Source: Phoronis australis
Lineage: Eukaryota; Animalia; Phoronida
NCBI GenBank assembly: GCA_002633005.1
Contig: NMRA01000055.1
Location: forward strand, 454,924-518,923
Direction: 5' to 3'
DNA: 64,000 bases
The notes below the pieces were generated by a model. That model was not told the DNA's origin and did no database searches. It worked only from the letters and a program-made list of their open reading frames with translations. Of this stretch, positions 1-13,100 are shown in pieces. A program made the position numbers and the translations under genes. The first letter of the stretch is position 1. Each line of letters opens with the position of its first letter.

Positions 1-2577
1 TGATCAACATAGAAACTTGGTTCTTGGGCAGAAAGCGCAAATTAGTTGCAACTTCAACTATTCCTAGAAAATAAAAAATTGTCACTGAAAAACAAGCCAT
101 GACTAAAGATTATAGTTGTGCCCAATAGAAGATACGTCCTGTCAACTTAGCTTATGCAACAAATGCTCCATTGGATGAACGTGGAAACCCACAATAAAAT
201 ACCGCAAAATGAGATACGAAAGTTGGATCTATTTATTTGTTTACTTATTTAATATCGACTGACCACACTAGCGGTAATTAAATACAGCACAACTAGTGTG
301 AAAAATTAACATTAAACAAAAGCGAATAGATATACTAAGACACGAATTAAAAGTAAGAATGGTAAAGAAGACTAAGGTACAAGAAAAAAATGAAAAATAA
401 ACTAAAAGCGATAATCAATGTAAGGATGATACGAAAAAAGCAATTCTTCAAACAAAAGGAATCATGTGTTTGCAGTTATACTGCAGTGCATAACGAATCT
501 CAGAAGAAAACTTGGCACAAAAAATAGTTATCGACGACAACTTGAAATAAATTTGAGTAAGAAATAATCTTCTTTCATTCTGACCGGAAATTGTCTAAGC
601 TACCCAATCAACACAGCTCAAATACACAAGAACACAGATCAACTCATTGACTCACAAACACGGCCCGTCAGACCCGCTCTCACAAAACACGGCTCACGCA
701 CCCTAGCAACACAGATCACTGACTGAAACATAACGCACCGTGCGCAGGAGCTGCAGCACAAACGTGTTTGCGATTCAGTGCCTGCATGGTTGCATGAAAC
801 AATCCCCAGTTGGCGAATGACCTCCATTTTGTCTTTATCATGGGCTACTCTTTTACGTTAATTTCTAATAATATATTTGAAAAATGAGCCTTTATTTCAA
901 TGAAAATGAATGGGAACTTAGTCTTTAAATTAGGGACGTTGCACGAAAAGGCCCCTATTCAACACAGAACTAGTATTGTCGGTGTATCTCAAAGCAAATG
1001 AAGACAAATTGGTGTTTTGTAAGTTCAATGAGTATTTGTACAAGTCCACAAATGCGGTGGATATGGTTGAGTCCCTATTTAGGACGGCTTCGTGCTGTAG
1101 TATTGATTGCACACACAGACCCACTGGGTGAGGGGCGGGAACAACCCCAGGTTTTCAGGCAAAAATATGGAAATTCGGGAAACAAGAAAAGTTCGGACAG
1201 CGCAGAGTCCAATGAATAATACGGGGAATAGTTCAGAAGCCGTATCGACAGTAAAATGCATAAAACAGACAACAGACAATAGAGTGTGTCGAAGTAGGTA
1301 AAATTTCCAGTTGCCCAAGAATGTCGTGCAACATTTTTGTCAAGTTCTACAGCATCAATACACGCAACTCAAACAATCAAAAATGTGAAAAATGACAACC
1401 ATCCAATAGCACAGACGAAGGTTTGAGTTGGAAAGCTAAAGAGCAATGTTTGTGAATAATACCCGATAGTGTCATAATGGCAAAATTGTCGATATTTTCG
1501 CCTGAGGAATCACAAGGGTAGTATTTTTGAAGGTCGCTTGAAGGTCGTTATTAGGAAACCACTACTTCTAAAATGCGAAGTTTTTCTGAGAAACTAGCTG
1601 TGTATATTAAACTGTCAGACGTGATTTTTTTAGAATTATTTGTGAGAAGTTTTATCGACGGATTTCAATGTCATCGAAGTATTGACGGTCACGAACGAAA
1701 CTTTCTACGTTTTTTCCTTGTTTTTTTAAATACAGGTTTGGCGCTAAAACCGTAATAGGCTACATCTGGAAATCACTAGAATTCATGTAACTAAACACGA
1801 CTTCTGGAAATTTTTCGGGAAGTGTCCAAAAGCCCCATGAGATTAGGGATAACTCAAAGCCCATGAGGCCTCCCGGGTCTCATGCTCACGGCCTCACACT
1901 TGCGAGCACGCCGTTTAGAAACGTAGAAAGATTTTTCATTGAAGAATGCGGCTATAAATCAAATTTTGCACCTCAACATGTAAACAATGGCATGTTTCAG
2001 GTGACTCAACGCATGTCAAGGGTTCACTATTTGTTTACATGTTTGTGCGTCTAAGGAGAATCAACTAAAAGTCCTTATTCATACATAATTTTTGCCAACT
2101 ATACATAAATTCGTAATAAATATGTTTCAATGAATGTTGATGCAGATTGAATTTTCACTGTTCCCCCAAAGATCAAATTTAATACATGACTTTTGGTGGG
2201 GTGTTAACCACAGTTCTCCAACGGGAAGTGTTCGCGTATCCTAAAAAATGTTTTGCTGTGTCCGGAGGGGTCACTCAGTTCGCTTGTGGGTGACTCTATG
2301 AGAATTAAAGCAATGTTTCGGTGCATGTTGACTGAAGTATGTTGACGAAATTCGGGTAAAACTTTAGGCTATCATACGCCCACCTCTCCCAATCGGCAAA
2401 GTTCAGAGACACCTATGGGTGCGGTTTGTAAGGCTAAGACGTGTTTGTGATTGCGGGGCCTTGGTTCTGAATCATTGTTCTGAGCGGTGTTCATAAGTGC
2501 GGAGCCACATTGTGAGGTCGGATACTCTGCCTATATTATAAATCCGCTTTCCATCAAAAAGATAACTAAGTTTTAAC

Positions 2578-2760
2578 AGTGGCGTATTTAGGAGGGGGGG
2601 GGGGGGNNNNNNNNNNNNNNNNNGGGGCAAGGGACCATGCCCCCTAAAATTCTTCCAGTAATTTTCATTTGTCAGATCGGGGTCGAATGTCTGACATCCA
2701 AAATCCTGGCTAATACTCTGCCCTGGCCCCACCTAACTCGAGATCTTGAATCCGCCGCAG
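2578..2760 (-). mobile_element. CAGTGGCG/CAGGGGCGGATCC-type (hAT-like) MITE, contains gap
   Basis: Termini match 39619-39938 in opposite orientation. Confidence 0.55.
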
Positions 2761-5020
2761 TTTAGATCATTCATTGCACTGAAACTATTCTCAAGTTGTT
2801 CCTTACGCTGATGAGGAGTGATTTCCGGGTTTTGCAAAAACTGACAGTTCGTTATTCTTTAATTGGAAAGATTACCATGTCGGCGATATAGAATGACACG
2901 CCATGAGATGGCAACTTGTGGTACCTGGTCCAATGCAATAACGAACTGTTAGTATTATGAATGTTCTGAAATCGCCTCTAAAGTGAACTAAGGAACAATT
3001 TGAAAACAATTTCATAACGATGACTGACATCTACCAAAGTTTTTCTGTCACGTAAGGCGAGAGTAGACGGTTTAAAAACCTTCTTCAATTAGAATTTTGT
3101 CCACAGTAAGATATTTACTTCAAATAGCAGGGGAGTCCCAGTGTTGTAAAAATCTTGTGTAAAATCAAATTTAAAAGTCACAACAGAGAAAAAAGAAAAC
3201 AACCAGTAAAGACGAGAAGGCTGACTGGAACATCTACTCGTGGCACCGGCAATCCGAAGCCAGATAATGCCTCCGACCAAACTCGGTTTCATTGATGTCA
3301 CGGGCAAGGTTCAATGCAATGTCCAACATCAGGCACTCAGGCTTACGGAGGTCCCCAATTTTTCGGTAGATCTGTGACGTTAGCCAAATTTTATTGGGAA
3401 TATGATAAGAATTTTTTTCAAGTGTAAAAACAAAATCGTTTGGTTTTTTTCAAGTGTAAAAACAAAATCGATATTTTTGTACCAGCAGTGGTTTCCGACT
3501 CTGACATAAGTTTATTCGACAGCGATGAGATAAATAGTTCATTGTTCGACTGAATCTAAGTTCACGTTGATTGCAGCGACACCTTTTGCGTAAATACGAT
3601 ACAACAACGCAAATCAGACATACTCCATAAACCAATGGCTAAGAAGTGCCTAGTGCTAACAGAGATTTGAAATTTCCGTGGAAGGTTAGGCATAAATTCA
3701 GCTACAAAACCGTGCCGGGTGTTAAAAAACTGAGTCTAGCTTTTGACATCCATTGAGCACACTCGCAAAACTGACACTAAGTGACGTCACGGAACTAATA
3801 CATCCTTCCATTGATTCCCAGGTGTCAGACAAATATGTCACGTCAACAGACTAATAGACGATGTTTTCTAATAATAATAGACATGGATGTCAAATTTTGT
3901 TGTGAGATGATTAAATTACGTCACGTAATCAGAGTAATTGACGATTTTTTCTAATTATAATACACACGGATGTCAAATTTTGTCCGCGTGAAATCATCAA
4001 AACCTATTATGTAACGAACTTACTTTCGCGGAACAAGTGGACCCTCCAGAAAATTTAACATTTCTCAATAATGTTTGGTTATCATATATTGTACTATGCG
4101 TTGAATTTGCTTTAATTGCCTATCGTGGATTTCAATCCACACATTTTTTATACTGCTCATGTCAACACAACCCACTATGCTGAAATTTGAAAACTCAGCA
4201 CGGGAACAGTAATTTTTATTTCATCTATAATCCAGGGAGATCTTCACTAATTAGAATTAACTTCGAAGTATTTTAAGGAAAGATGTCGGCACGCGTTGTA
4301 CAAAAACGAAGCTGGCGCTATATAAATGGGGGTGCGTGCTATTAGAAGTTATATAAAAATGCCTGGTTGATTCAAGACTGCCTTGAAGACTACTACGACG
4401 GAACAACACAAAATCAGTCTTAGTAGAATGACAGTCATAAAATCGGGCATGCATTAACTTCACAGCATCAGCAAAGGCCACTGCTCGTTGTTTTTTCCAA
4501 GAAACAATCCAAGGGCAGTCGACGATTGCACCAGGTGAAAAGACAGACTATTTTTTAAGGAATAGCTGGATACATTTGCCGTACGTGCGCCGACAACAAT
4601 AACGACCTCTATGTGCTGCTAATTAGAAACGTGATAGCGAGTTCAAGAACAGTGCCGTTAGTTTACAAAAATAGTTAGAGGGGTTCCATACCGTGCCCAT
4701 GAATTTAAACGGCAATCAAACCACGTTCCGAGAAACTAAATTTTGGCTTAGATAACTTACTACTATGATAAAATTGATCTTAACTTGTTTCTTATTCAGA
4801 AGAGGGAAGCAAGTTTTGGTCGTGTAAACATCTGGCACATGGTCATTGCTATACACCATGCACCATGCACAGAATGTCCGTTTCGTGAAAAGTGACTAAA
4901 GACTCAAGTCAGAAACTTGGTCTTATACTCCACACAACTATGTCTGAAAAATACTAAAAATCATGCTTGAGCAAAAGTGCATGTCTCTGAGAATAACCAT
5001 ATAGCAGCTACTTACATCGA

Positions 5021-5210
5021 TAAGTGTTATAAATTGTTTTTAAACTGTGACCTGGTCACAATTGGCTAAACTTTTTTCAACAATAGTAATATGGGAGTCA
5101 AGATCCAATTTCTGGGGTAAGTGTTATAAATTGTTTTTAAACTGTGACCTGGTCACAACTGGCTAAACTTTTTTCACCAATAGTAATATGGGAGTCAAGA
5201 TCCAATTTCT
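5021..5210. repeat. 97-bp-period tandem duplication
   Basis: 5021-5113 and 5118-5210 nearly identical. Confidence 0.9.
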
Positions 5211-6995
5211 TTTATAACTGAAGTCACTCTCACAAAACACAACCCTGATCTCAAGCAAAAACAAAATGTCAGTTCTTTCGAAGACCTGCAGTCATAGACA
5301 TTTTGGTAAAGGAACAATTTGAGACTAATTCCATAACAGCAAGTTGCAGAAATCAGATAAAAAAATTGTCATGGAAGGCAGGTTTATAGCCACGGTAAAT
5401 GCTACAATCAGCTTTTTTACACCCCAATGTAGTTGGCCAAAAGCATCAAGGATTTTCGAACAGTCACCAAAAAGACGCATTGGTTCAATAAAGGTTTTAA
5501 TAATAATTAAAGAGCAATAAACATATTTTAACATGATACATTTCATTGGGTATCCTAAATAACATCATCAACACATTAACAAGTGGCAAAAATTGGCATA
5601 AAATACAATGACGACCAAATCTGGACATTTATGTCAGAAACATTATAAAAACATCAACATAAAATAATTGACCGCTGCCTGAGTTAAAAAGTAACATTAC
5701 AATATCACTCAACAACATCACTATCAAAAATCTCTAGTTTAAGTGTTGCCACTAGAAAATACCAATCAATGATGTCCTACCTCTGCGAGGCATCAACATT
5801 ATGAAACTTTAAATTCAAAACAGAAATTTCTTACACATACACTTAATGATTATAATATTTGTTGAGGTATTTCTCACAGCCATCAAAAATAAATTACAAG
5901 CAATAAATAAAGATTGTCACAAAATTCACCAAATCTTATTCAAACATTGTTAATATTGACTACAATAGTAACCGAAGGTCATGTAAATTTCAAACTAAGG
6001 CAGTTCACAAAGAAACACCGACAAACAGTCAAATGAAACCAATTAAATGAACAAGCCTTCTGATATTTTCAACTTACGGCTTATTTTATCTCGTTACTTT
6101 TTTCTTAACAGACAAAGGTCTATGGACGAATTTCCAAAAGTTTTCATTCAATTAATTGTTGCAATCAAGGGAATGTGAATTATTTTAAAAGTCGCCTTAC
6201 TACAACAAAGGACTAAAGGACAAAATTTGTCATATTATGCATGTGATTGAGGTACACAGAAATCGGCTTTAGGTCAGCACAAATATCACAAAAAACAGTG
6301 CTTGCAGAGATCATTCGCCTTTGTAATGTGTAATGTATCACATTGATTGAAGGTTATGTAGGCTCCAAGAAAATGTCCAAATTAGCTTATTGCAAAAGAT
6401 CATACATTAATAACAAATGGTCACCTGACCCTGCTAATGGCAAATTGGTGAAAAGTTGAAAACAAAATTCTATAGGCTTTCTAGTTTCGTAAAATACATA
6501 CTTTTACAGAGTTAAAATCTGTTATTTTGAAGACATTTAGTTAAATACAAAGACTTGTTGATACAGTCCTGCGTAACCTTGAGAAAGAAGTAACACTGGG
6601 CATTACAATAATACTTAGTCACTATAGACCACGTTCTGGGGTTAGAAACATCAAGTTTCTCCGTGCGTGTATTTGCTCCACCAAAACCTTCTTTTTGCAT
6701 TCTACACTTGACATTGTGGTGATTTGTATGCCATGGTTTACATGTGATAATTCTGCACAAGCCATGCTGTTCTAAAACAGTATGGCAACTGTTTACAGTT
6801 TTAGCACCAATAACTTGCAATTACTAAAGGAAACACTGCACCTTTTAACAGCTCTTGTTAGATTTTGTTCCATTTACTTTAATCCAGAGGAATTTTAAGC
6901 ACCATTTTAGTATTTAGACAGTTTTAAAATACAGACAACTCACAATATTTTGCACATGACAATGTTAGAACAAACCATATAACTGAACACGTCCA

Positions 6996-7169
6996 TTAAT
7001 CTTCATGTTTGCTCAATTGGAAGACAGCCACAGCGCCACCTAGCCTGGCTCCAGGTCGCGAGCTGTGACTGGCTGTGACGGTGAGAAAAGAAAATCTTTC
7101 AGATGGCACCACAGTTACGGCTGTACCGAACCTCGCGCCATCCTCACCAAACTCCAGCACAAGATCAGC
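6996..7169 (-). CDS. GPLD1: GPLD1 last coding exon (...ARFGTAV...GARLGGAVAVF...*)
   Basis: cag acceptor, conserved RFG and GARL.G, TAA stop. Confidence 0.92.
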   Translation of the reverse strand, partial: ADLVLEFGEDGARFGTAVTVVPSERFSFLTVTASHSSRPGARLGGAVAVFQLSKHED

Positions 7170-10100
7170 CTGAAACAAGCAACAATCTTTAGAGAACACC
7201 TTCTTTGGTCACTTAATCTAGGCGCAAATGCATAGAAATGCGCTCAGCTTGCTGTCTCAAGTATATGCTAGCTAAACACAAAAGTCGATGAGGGTTATCT
7301 GCAAAAAATGAGACAATACGGTAATGGCCTCTAAACTACATTGAAGGTTGTAGTAATCAGTGCAAATTCAGTACACAAGGTTATCATGAGTGAGATCGGT
7401 TGTCATCAGGTGATGCAATGATTAATTTCCATTGGCTACCGAAGGTAACCGCCTAAGCACTTGGCTCACCTCAACTGCATTCTATGAGGATTTAGGCTCG
7501 CCAGGCGAAAAGAAATCGAGCAAGTGAGATACTCGCTTCATCACCTCACGAGGCAAAAACTTCAAGGTTCATTTTGGCATTTTAGAAGCATGTTCTTCTG
7601 TCGGCAATTGGCCATATTAAGTATCTGAGTCTCCAAATGTGAACATGAACAACTTATTGAGATTTTTCTTGACATTTTTCGAGGCCTAGCTAAACTTCCA
7701 TTGAAGCGCAAATTCAAGCATAGTTTAAACAAAATCTTACTAACATAAATGCAGATTACACATGAAAAACTGATTCCAGAACTTTCCATGACAGTGTTGG
7801 CTGAACTAGTGACGGCAGCGAGAAATGTTTCTGACGCTTAAAAAAATTTACTGATCAATTAAGACAGAGACGATGTTCTTAAGATACCATCTATTTCCTG
7901 GACATTTTGCTGGCCTTTTAACCAGAATTCCACAAATTTTCCGGAAAGCTCACAAAATTTCAGACCTTTTCCAGACTGTAGCGACTATAACCAGTCAACT
8001 GGATTCAGCATTGTACTAAAAATGGTTCCATTTGAAATGATTAGAGTGAAATATTACATAGGCTGACATTGACTGCCTTCTACTTGAAGAATGTAAAACT
8101 TGTTGCAAATCCCAGTTAAGTACATCACATAGTTAGTTGGGATTTTGAAGAACTGTCATCATGAATTGAAGACACACCAGAGCACAGATCGACAACAAGT
8201 TCTGGAAATCAGTAAGTTGTTATTGTCCCAACTTACCACGTGGGCGGGGCAAGGCTGTATGAACTCTTTGTCACATCTATCAAATGTTGCATTGTAAATT
8301 GGAAAAAATCTGTCCTGAGTGATGTTGGAATGAAGATAGACATAGGCAATACCTTGTTCAGCTGAAAAAAAAACATACAGAGTACACACCAGTCCAGGCT
8401 GCTTTTAGACTTAAGAAGAGCATCTGACAATATCAATCGTAGCACAAGTTATGCATTGCAGAAAATGCATTCCAGCATTACTGTAAAGTCTCACCAACTT
8501 AGGACACAATATGACTGAAATGAAATCTTAAAATTTTACTTTTCTGCACGAAGCATAAGTACCACCAAACTTAAATGCTTTGCCATGTTCAAATTTTGTA
8601 CCACAGTCACCATAAGACAAAGTTGAAAAAATTGTCACAGCAACAATTAATTGGTGACATTTTTGTACTGCATTACACATACAAACAGAAACATAATGTG
8701 AGTAGCCATTTTCATTACAAAGATTATAGAAAAATGAGTTGGGCTCATAAATTAAGCAAAACAGTGGACAGTCATTTGATCTTCTAGTTACTAGTATGAT
8801 TGTAATTTCCAGATAGACCAGCAAAACATGTAATTGTGCAGACACATACCTCCACTTATCTCCTCTGTAGGGTCCACTGTTCTAAATGGAGAGGTGACTA
8901 TAAGATCATCAAGGCCTTCATCCAGGAGATCTGTAAACTAAGTGCAAATGAACACTGGTTAGAGAGTACATTTGCGTTTAGGCCAGTGTAGTGAGGTGTA
9001 TCAAACCCAGGGGCATGTTCCAAGAAACTGGCTAAGTTCAGTTTTGACTTAAGTCTAAGATTTGTGTCAACTTCCAAACTTTGAAACTTCCACATCCAGT
9101 AAGTTAGTCAAACTTAAGTAAAACACTGAAGTCAAACGGAACGGATTTAAGACAAATTGAAGTTGAGTGTCTTAAAATTGACTTAAATTTGAGATTTGTC
9201 TTAGCCAAGTCAATTTTCTTGGAATGGGCCACAGACAAATAAATCTATACCCTTAAAACTTAAGACATTAAAAATAAAATGTTTAAAATAACAGTGTCCA
9301 AAATTCCAGTCTAGTGCACAAGTGGAACTTTTATTTTGTTAAATTTCCCAACAGAAAAAAGATTAAGAAAATTTCATACTATTATAAATTTGATGTGTAC
9401 TGTGTAGATGTCATAAAACAACAGTTGATGAAGTTTACATAATTTGAAGAAAAGTAATCAAAAAGTTTGAAAAATAAAAACATGGCAATTTTAACAATTA
9501 GTTTTGTAAAGAATTGTCTTAAGTCTTAAGGTACTAATTCAAACCACATACTGTAACAGTATTCGCCGTAATAACCGCCCATGCCCCTATAAGCGCCCCC
9601 ACGCGTTTTCAGACTTTGCTGAAATAAGCGCCCAGTCCATGAACGTGTACATGGCTTTGCGAACAATGACGTACCTTCAGTCCTAAAACTCGGCTACAGT
9701 AACGTCTTCAATTTATCAAAAAAGTTTTGCATGGGTCTTCTAGACCACCCGCGGCACTGCTACGTTTGTATTTAGCCGTGACTATACACTTCAAAGTAAC
9801 ACAGCGCTTCAAAAAGAACGCAACAGCGTTGCTACTTTCGCGACGACCGTGTCTCACTATGGTCTGACCTTTCAGTAGACACATCGACTGTCTCATGAAT
9901 AAAAATAACTCGGTGTTGAACGCACGTGGCCAGAAAGCGCGCGCTACATATAGGAACCTAGCTGTCATCAAAGACATTAGTCGGGAACTATCCATGATAT
10001 TCATGAAACGGGTAGCATAGCATCGGTAAGAAATGAATATTGGCCCTAATTTCCGACAATTTCTAATACTATAAAACATGTTTGCGTTATTTTTTAGATG

Positions 10101-13100
10101 GATTGTTTGATTAAACATAATGGGCAATCTAACTAGCTAGATGTGTCTAAAGAAATTTGCACAAGCAGTAGGCCTAAACCAGAGCATGTTTCATTCAGCA
10201 CTTGCCGGTCTCGTGCTAAAAACATTCAACATTTGTTTTGGTAAGGCCCATATTATGCCGCCCATATTAGTCGCGGTGTAGCTGGATGCGTACGTAACTG
10301 TCTGACAGTTATTTTTCGATGTAAGGGTGTGTAAGCATTCACTGTCAGTTGTCATTTTATCGGATTTGCGTGAGTCGAAACTATTTTTATTCAAGCATTG
10401 AAGTCGCCATATCGAAGACGGCGATTTTGAGGCAGTCAGTCGGCGAGTTTTCGCCCTGGGATTTCAGCACAATTTTCTGTAAAATGATCGTAATTTAGCA
10501 GCAAAGTTTGATAGCAATGCACCACAGCTTTGTTGGAAGTCTTTCATAGATTACAGATACGTCACAGAATGTAAATTTGATGAATCTTAGCTTCCGATTT
10601 CACCCGTTTCGGAGACTGGGTTTCAACCGCCTTGGGTTATAATAAGCGCCCCCCCTGAACCGAACTTTTCTAAGCGCCCTGGGCGGTTATTACGGCGAAT
10701 ACGGTAGCAGAATGCAGTGACACCTATTGGAGAAGCTGGCACCAAATACTTTTGTTGAAGAAACCAGATTAATTGAAACAGCTACCAGTTTGACGATCTT
10801 AATAAAAGCATTAGAGTTCACATGAATTTTGATCAACTGCGATTTGCATATTAACCTTTTTGATGTCAAGATTCATAAAATTGTTAACGTATGGTGAGGA
10901 CTACATCTGGTCTCAATATCAGCCATTATTTACCGAAAACAGCATTAAATCCATGCTTACTGTCAAAAAGCAAGTTCCGGCAGTTCTTCCTGGATCCAGA
11001 CGTCACTTCTAAACTGAGTCAGGGAAAAGATAAGACCAATTTCATTATGCTAATTGGCGTACATGACAGAAGCATGGGTTTACTGCTGCTTTAAAAGCTT
11101 GGTAAACTCTCATTCTTACCAGAACTTTACTGCCAAATCGGTCGAAGAGCCGGTCACCATAAAACATGACCGACCTGTACTGGACATTCCTCAGCAAAAC
11201 CGACACGTTGTAGACAGAGACGCCACCTACCTGCGGCAAGTAGGTTTTATATCCTTCCACCAAGCCAATGGTGCCTAAAGAATTTTACATGACTTGCTTA
11301 ACAAACAGTGACATTTCGTTCTAACAAAAACAAAATAACTACCAAACGGATAATTAATTAGGCAGAAAAACATCATTTTCTCAAAAATTCATTTGTAGCT
11401 TCAGGGAGAGGAACAATTACTTGGACATGTCTCTGAATTGCAGCTCCCATCCTCCAAACCCCGATTCTGAATCACCAAGCATCAAGACGCAGTTCAAACT
11501 TCAAGACCACTTCCTTAAACTCCACACACACACTGCAAAGCTCCATGCCCAGTCACCTAACTTCAGTACCAACCCATGGGTGCATGGCTGGAGTTTGGTT
11601 TGTTCACTGCGCAGACGTTTTTTGCATGTGAAGAGTTTACGGATGTGGCTAAGGAATTTGAACCACGCGTCTGATTTTGTGCTGGTAAAAGATTAGGTTT
11701 AGAGGATTGAAGCTGGAATATAGAGGCGCGGCTATGGAATCGTTTCTACTCCCTGAGCTTGGCAGCTATGTTTTGTCACGGATCCCTTTAGTACTGGATT
11801 CCTGGCATTACAAATTTGAAAACTACACAAGGATTTTTACCTGAAGGAATCTACATAAAAATCCACATTTCAGATTCGATTGTGTTTCTTTTTAATAGTG
11901 AAATGCCAGGAGAGACCCAGTTTACTGTTTGACAAACCCAACAACAAAAAATAAACATCTGACCACAGACTCCAAATCTGAGGGACATTCAATTTCTGAA
12001 ACTCCATTAAAAGGTTTCACAGTAAAAATGTAAATTTTTACTTTTACTGAATAATTTGAACAATTGTATCCGTCATAGTCCAAACAAATGTTATCACCCT
12101 GTTTTAAAAGCATTCAATGTGAAAATTTTTATACAGCTATTTTCTCATAAATGTATAGTGACGACATAATGGAATGCGCTTAATCACTAGATGGCAGTAG
12201 AGTACTTGGTGGACAACGTTCAGCGCCACCTACAGTTCACGCCTGTGATTTCTATGCAGATTTAACAAGGTACTGGGATTTTACAGCGTTTTTTTATAAA
12301 TTCTCTACAATCAACATGCCAAATGATTCATGTTTTGTTTTTGTCAACTGGCGCCATCTTGTTGACCAGAACTAGAATTTGCTTCAAGCAAAAAGTCGCT
12401 TTTCCTGCTAGAAAGTTATATGTCAGATGTTTGCAATTCACACGAGTCTCAAGACATTTCATTAAATAACTTACTGAGCCCAGTTTGAGCAATCGCCAAC
12501 ATGTCTGTATACTTCTCGTAAGGGGTACCGATGGAAAAGCTAGATCCTAGGTTCTCGAATTCCGTTTTGCCAACAAAAACGTGCCTGGGTTTACGAGAGG
12601 GCAAGAGTTGGTCGTAGACGAAAAACTTTCCAGTTCTCTGAACATCATCTTGAGAAAAGCTGCAGTTTGCCCTAAACATGCAAAAGGAATTGACAGACAC
12701 AGATGATCAAATGCATGGTGGTGGGTAATCCACTCACAGCATGTCGCAACCACTGCAAGCTATCACTTAGGAAACGACCGCTGCATACAACTAACCAGAT
12801 TGTGTACACAGGACACAAATATTTGCAGAATTTGCCCTTTTTTAATCTTTCAAAGGCTTCTAACTTTTTTGTGAATGCCACAATTTTTCAAAATAATGTC
12901 TGATGGTTGCCTGTATCCAAACCTTATCAAGGTGTTAATTTGGTATTACATATCTTTCATGGAAAAAATTACAAAATAAAATGGCACCTGTCGGCCATAT
13001 TGAGTCCCGAATTGGTGAGATTTTATCATAAGTGGTGTTTAAGATAGAGCATATATAGTTTGACTAAGGAGATTACTGGTCACTCATTACACGATAATTT

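Noticed and set aside
2806-2850. ctgatgag hammerhead start
   Set aside because: No properly placed GAAA or stem III.
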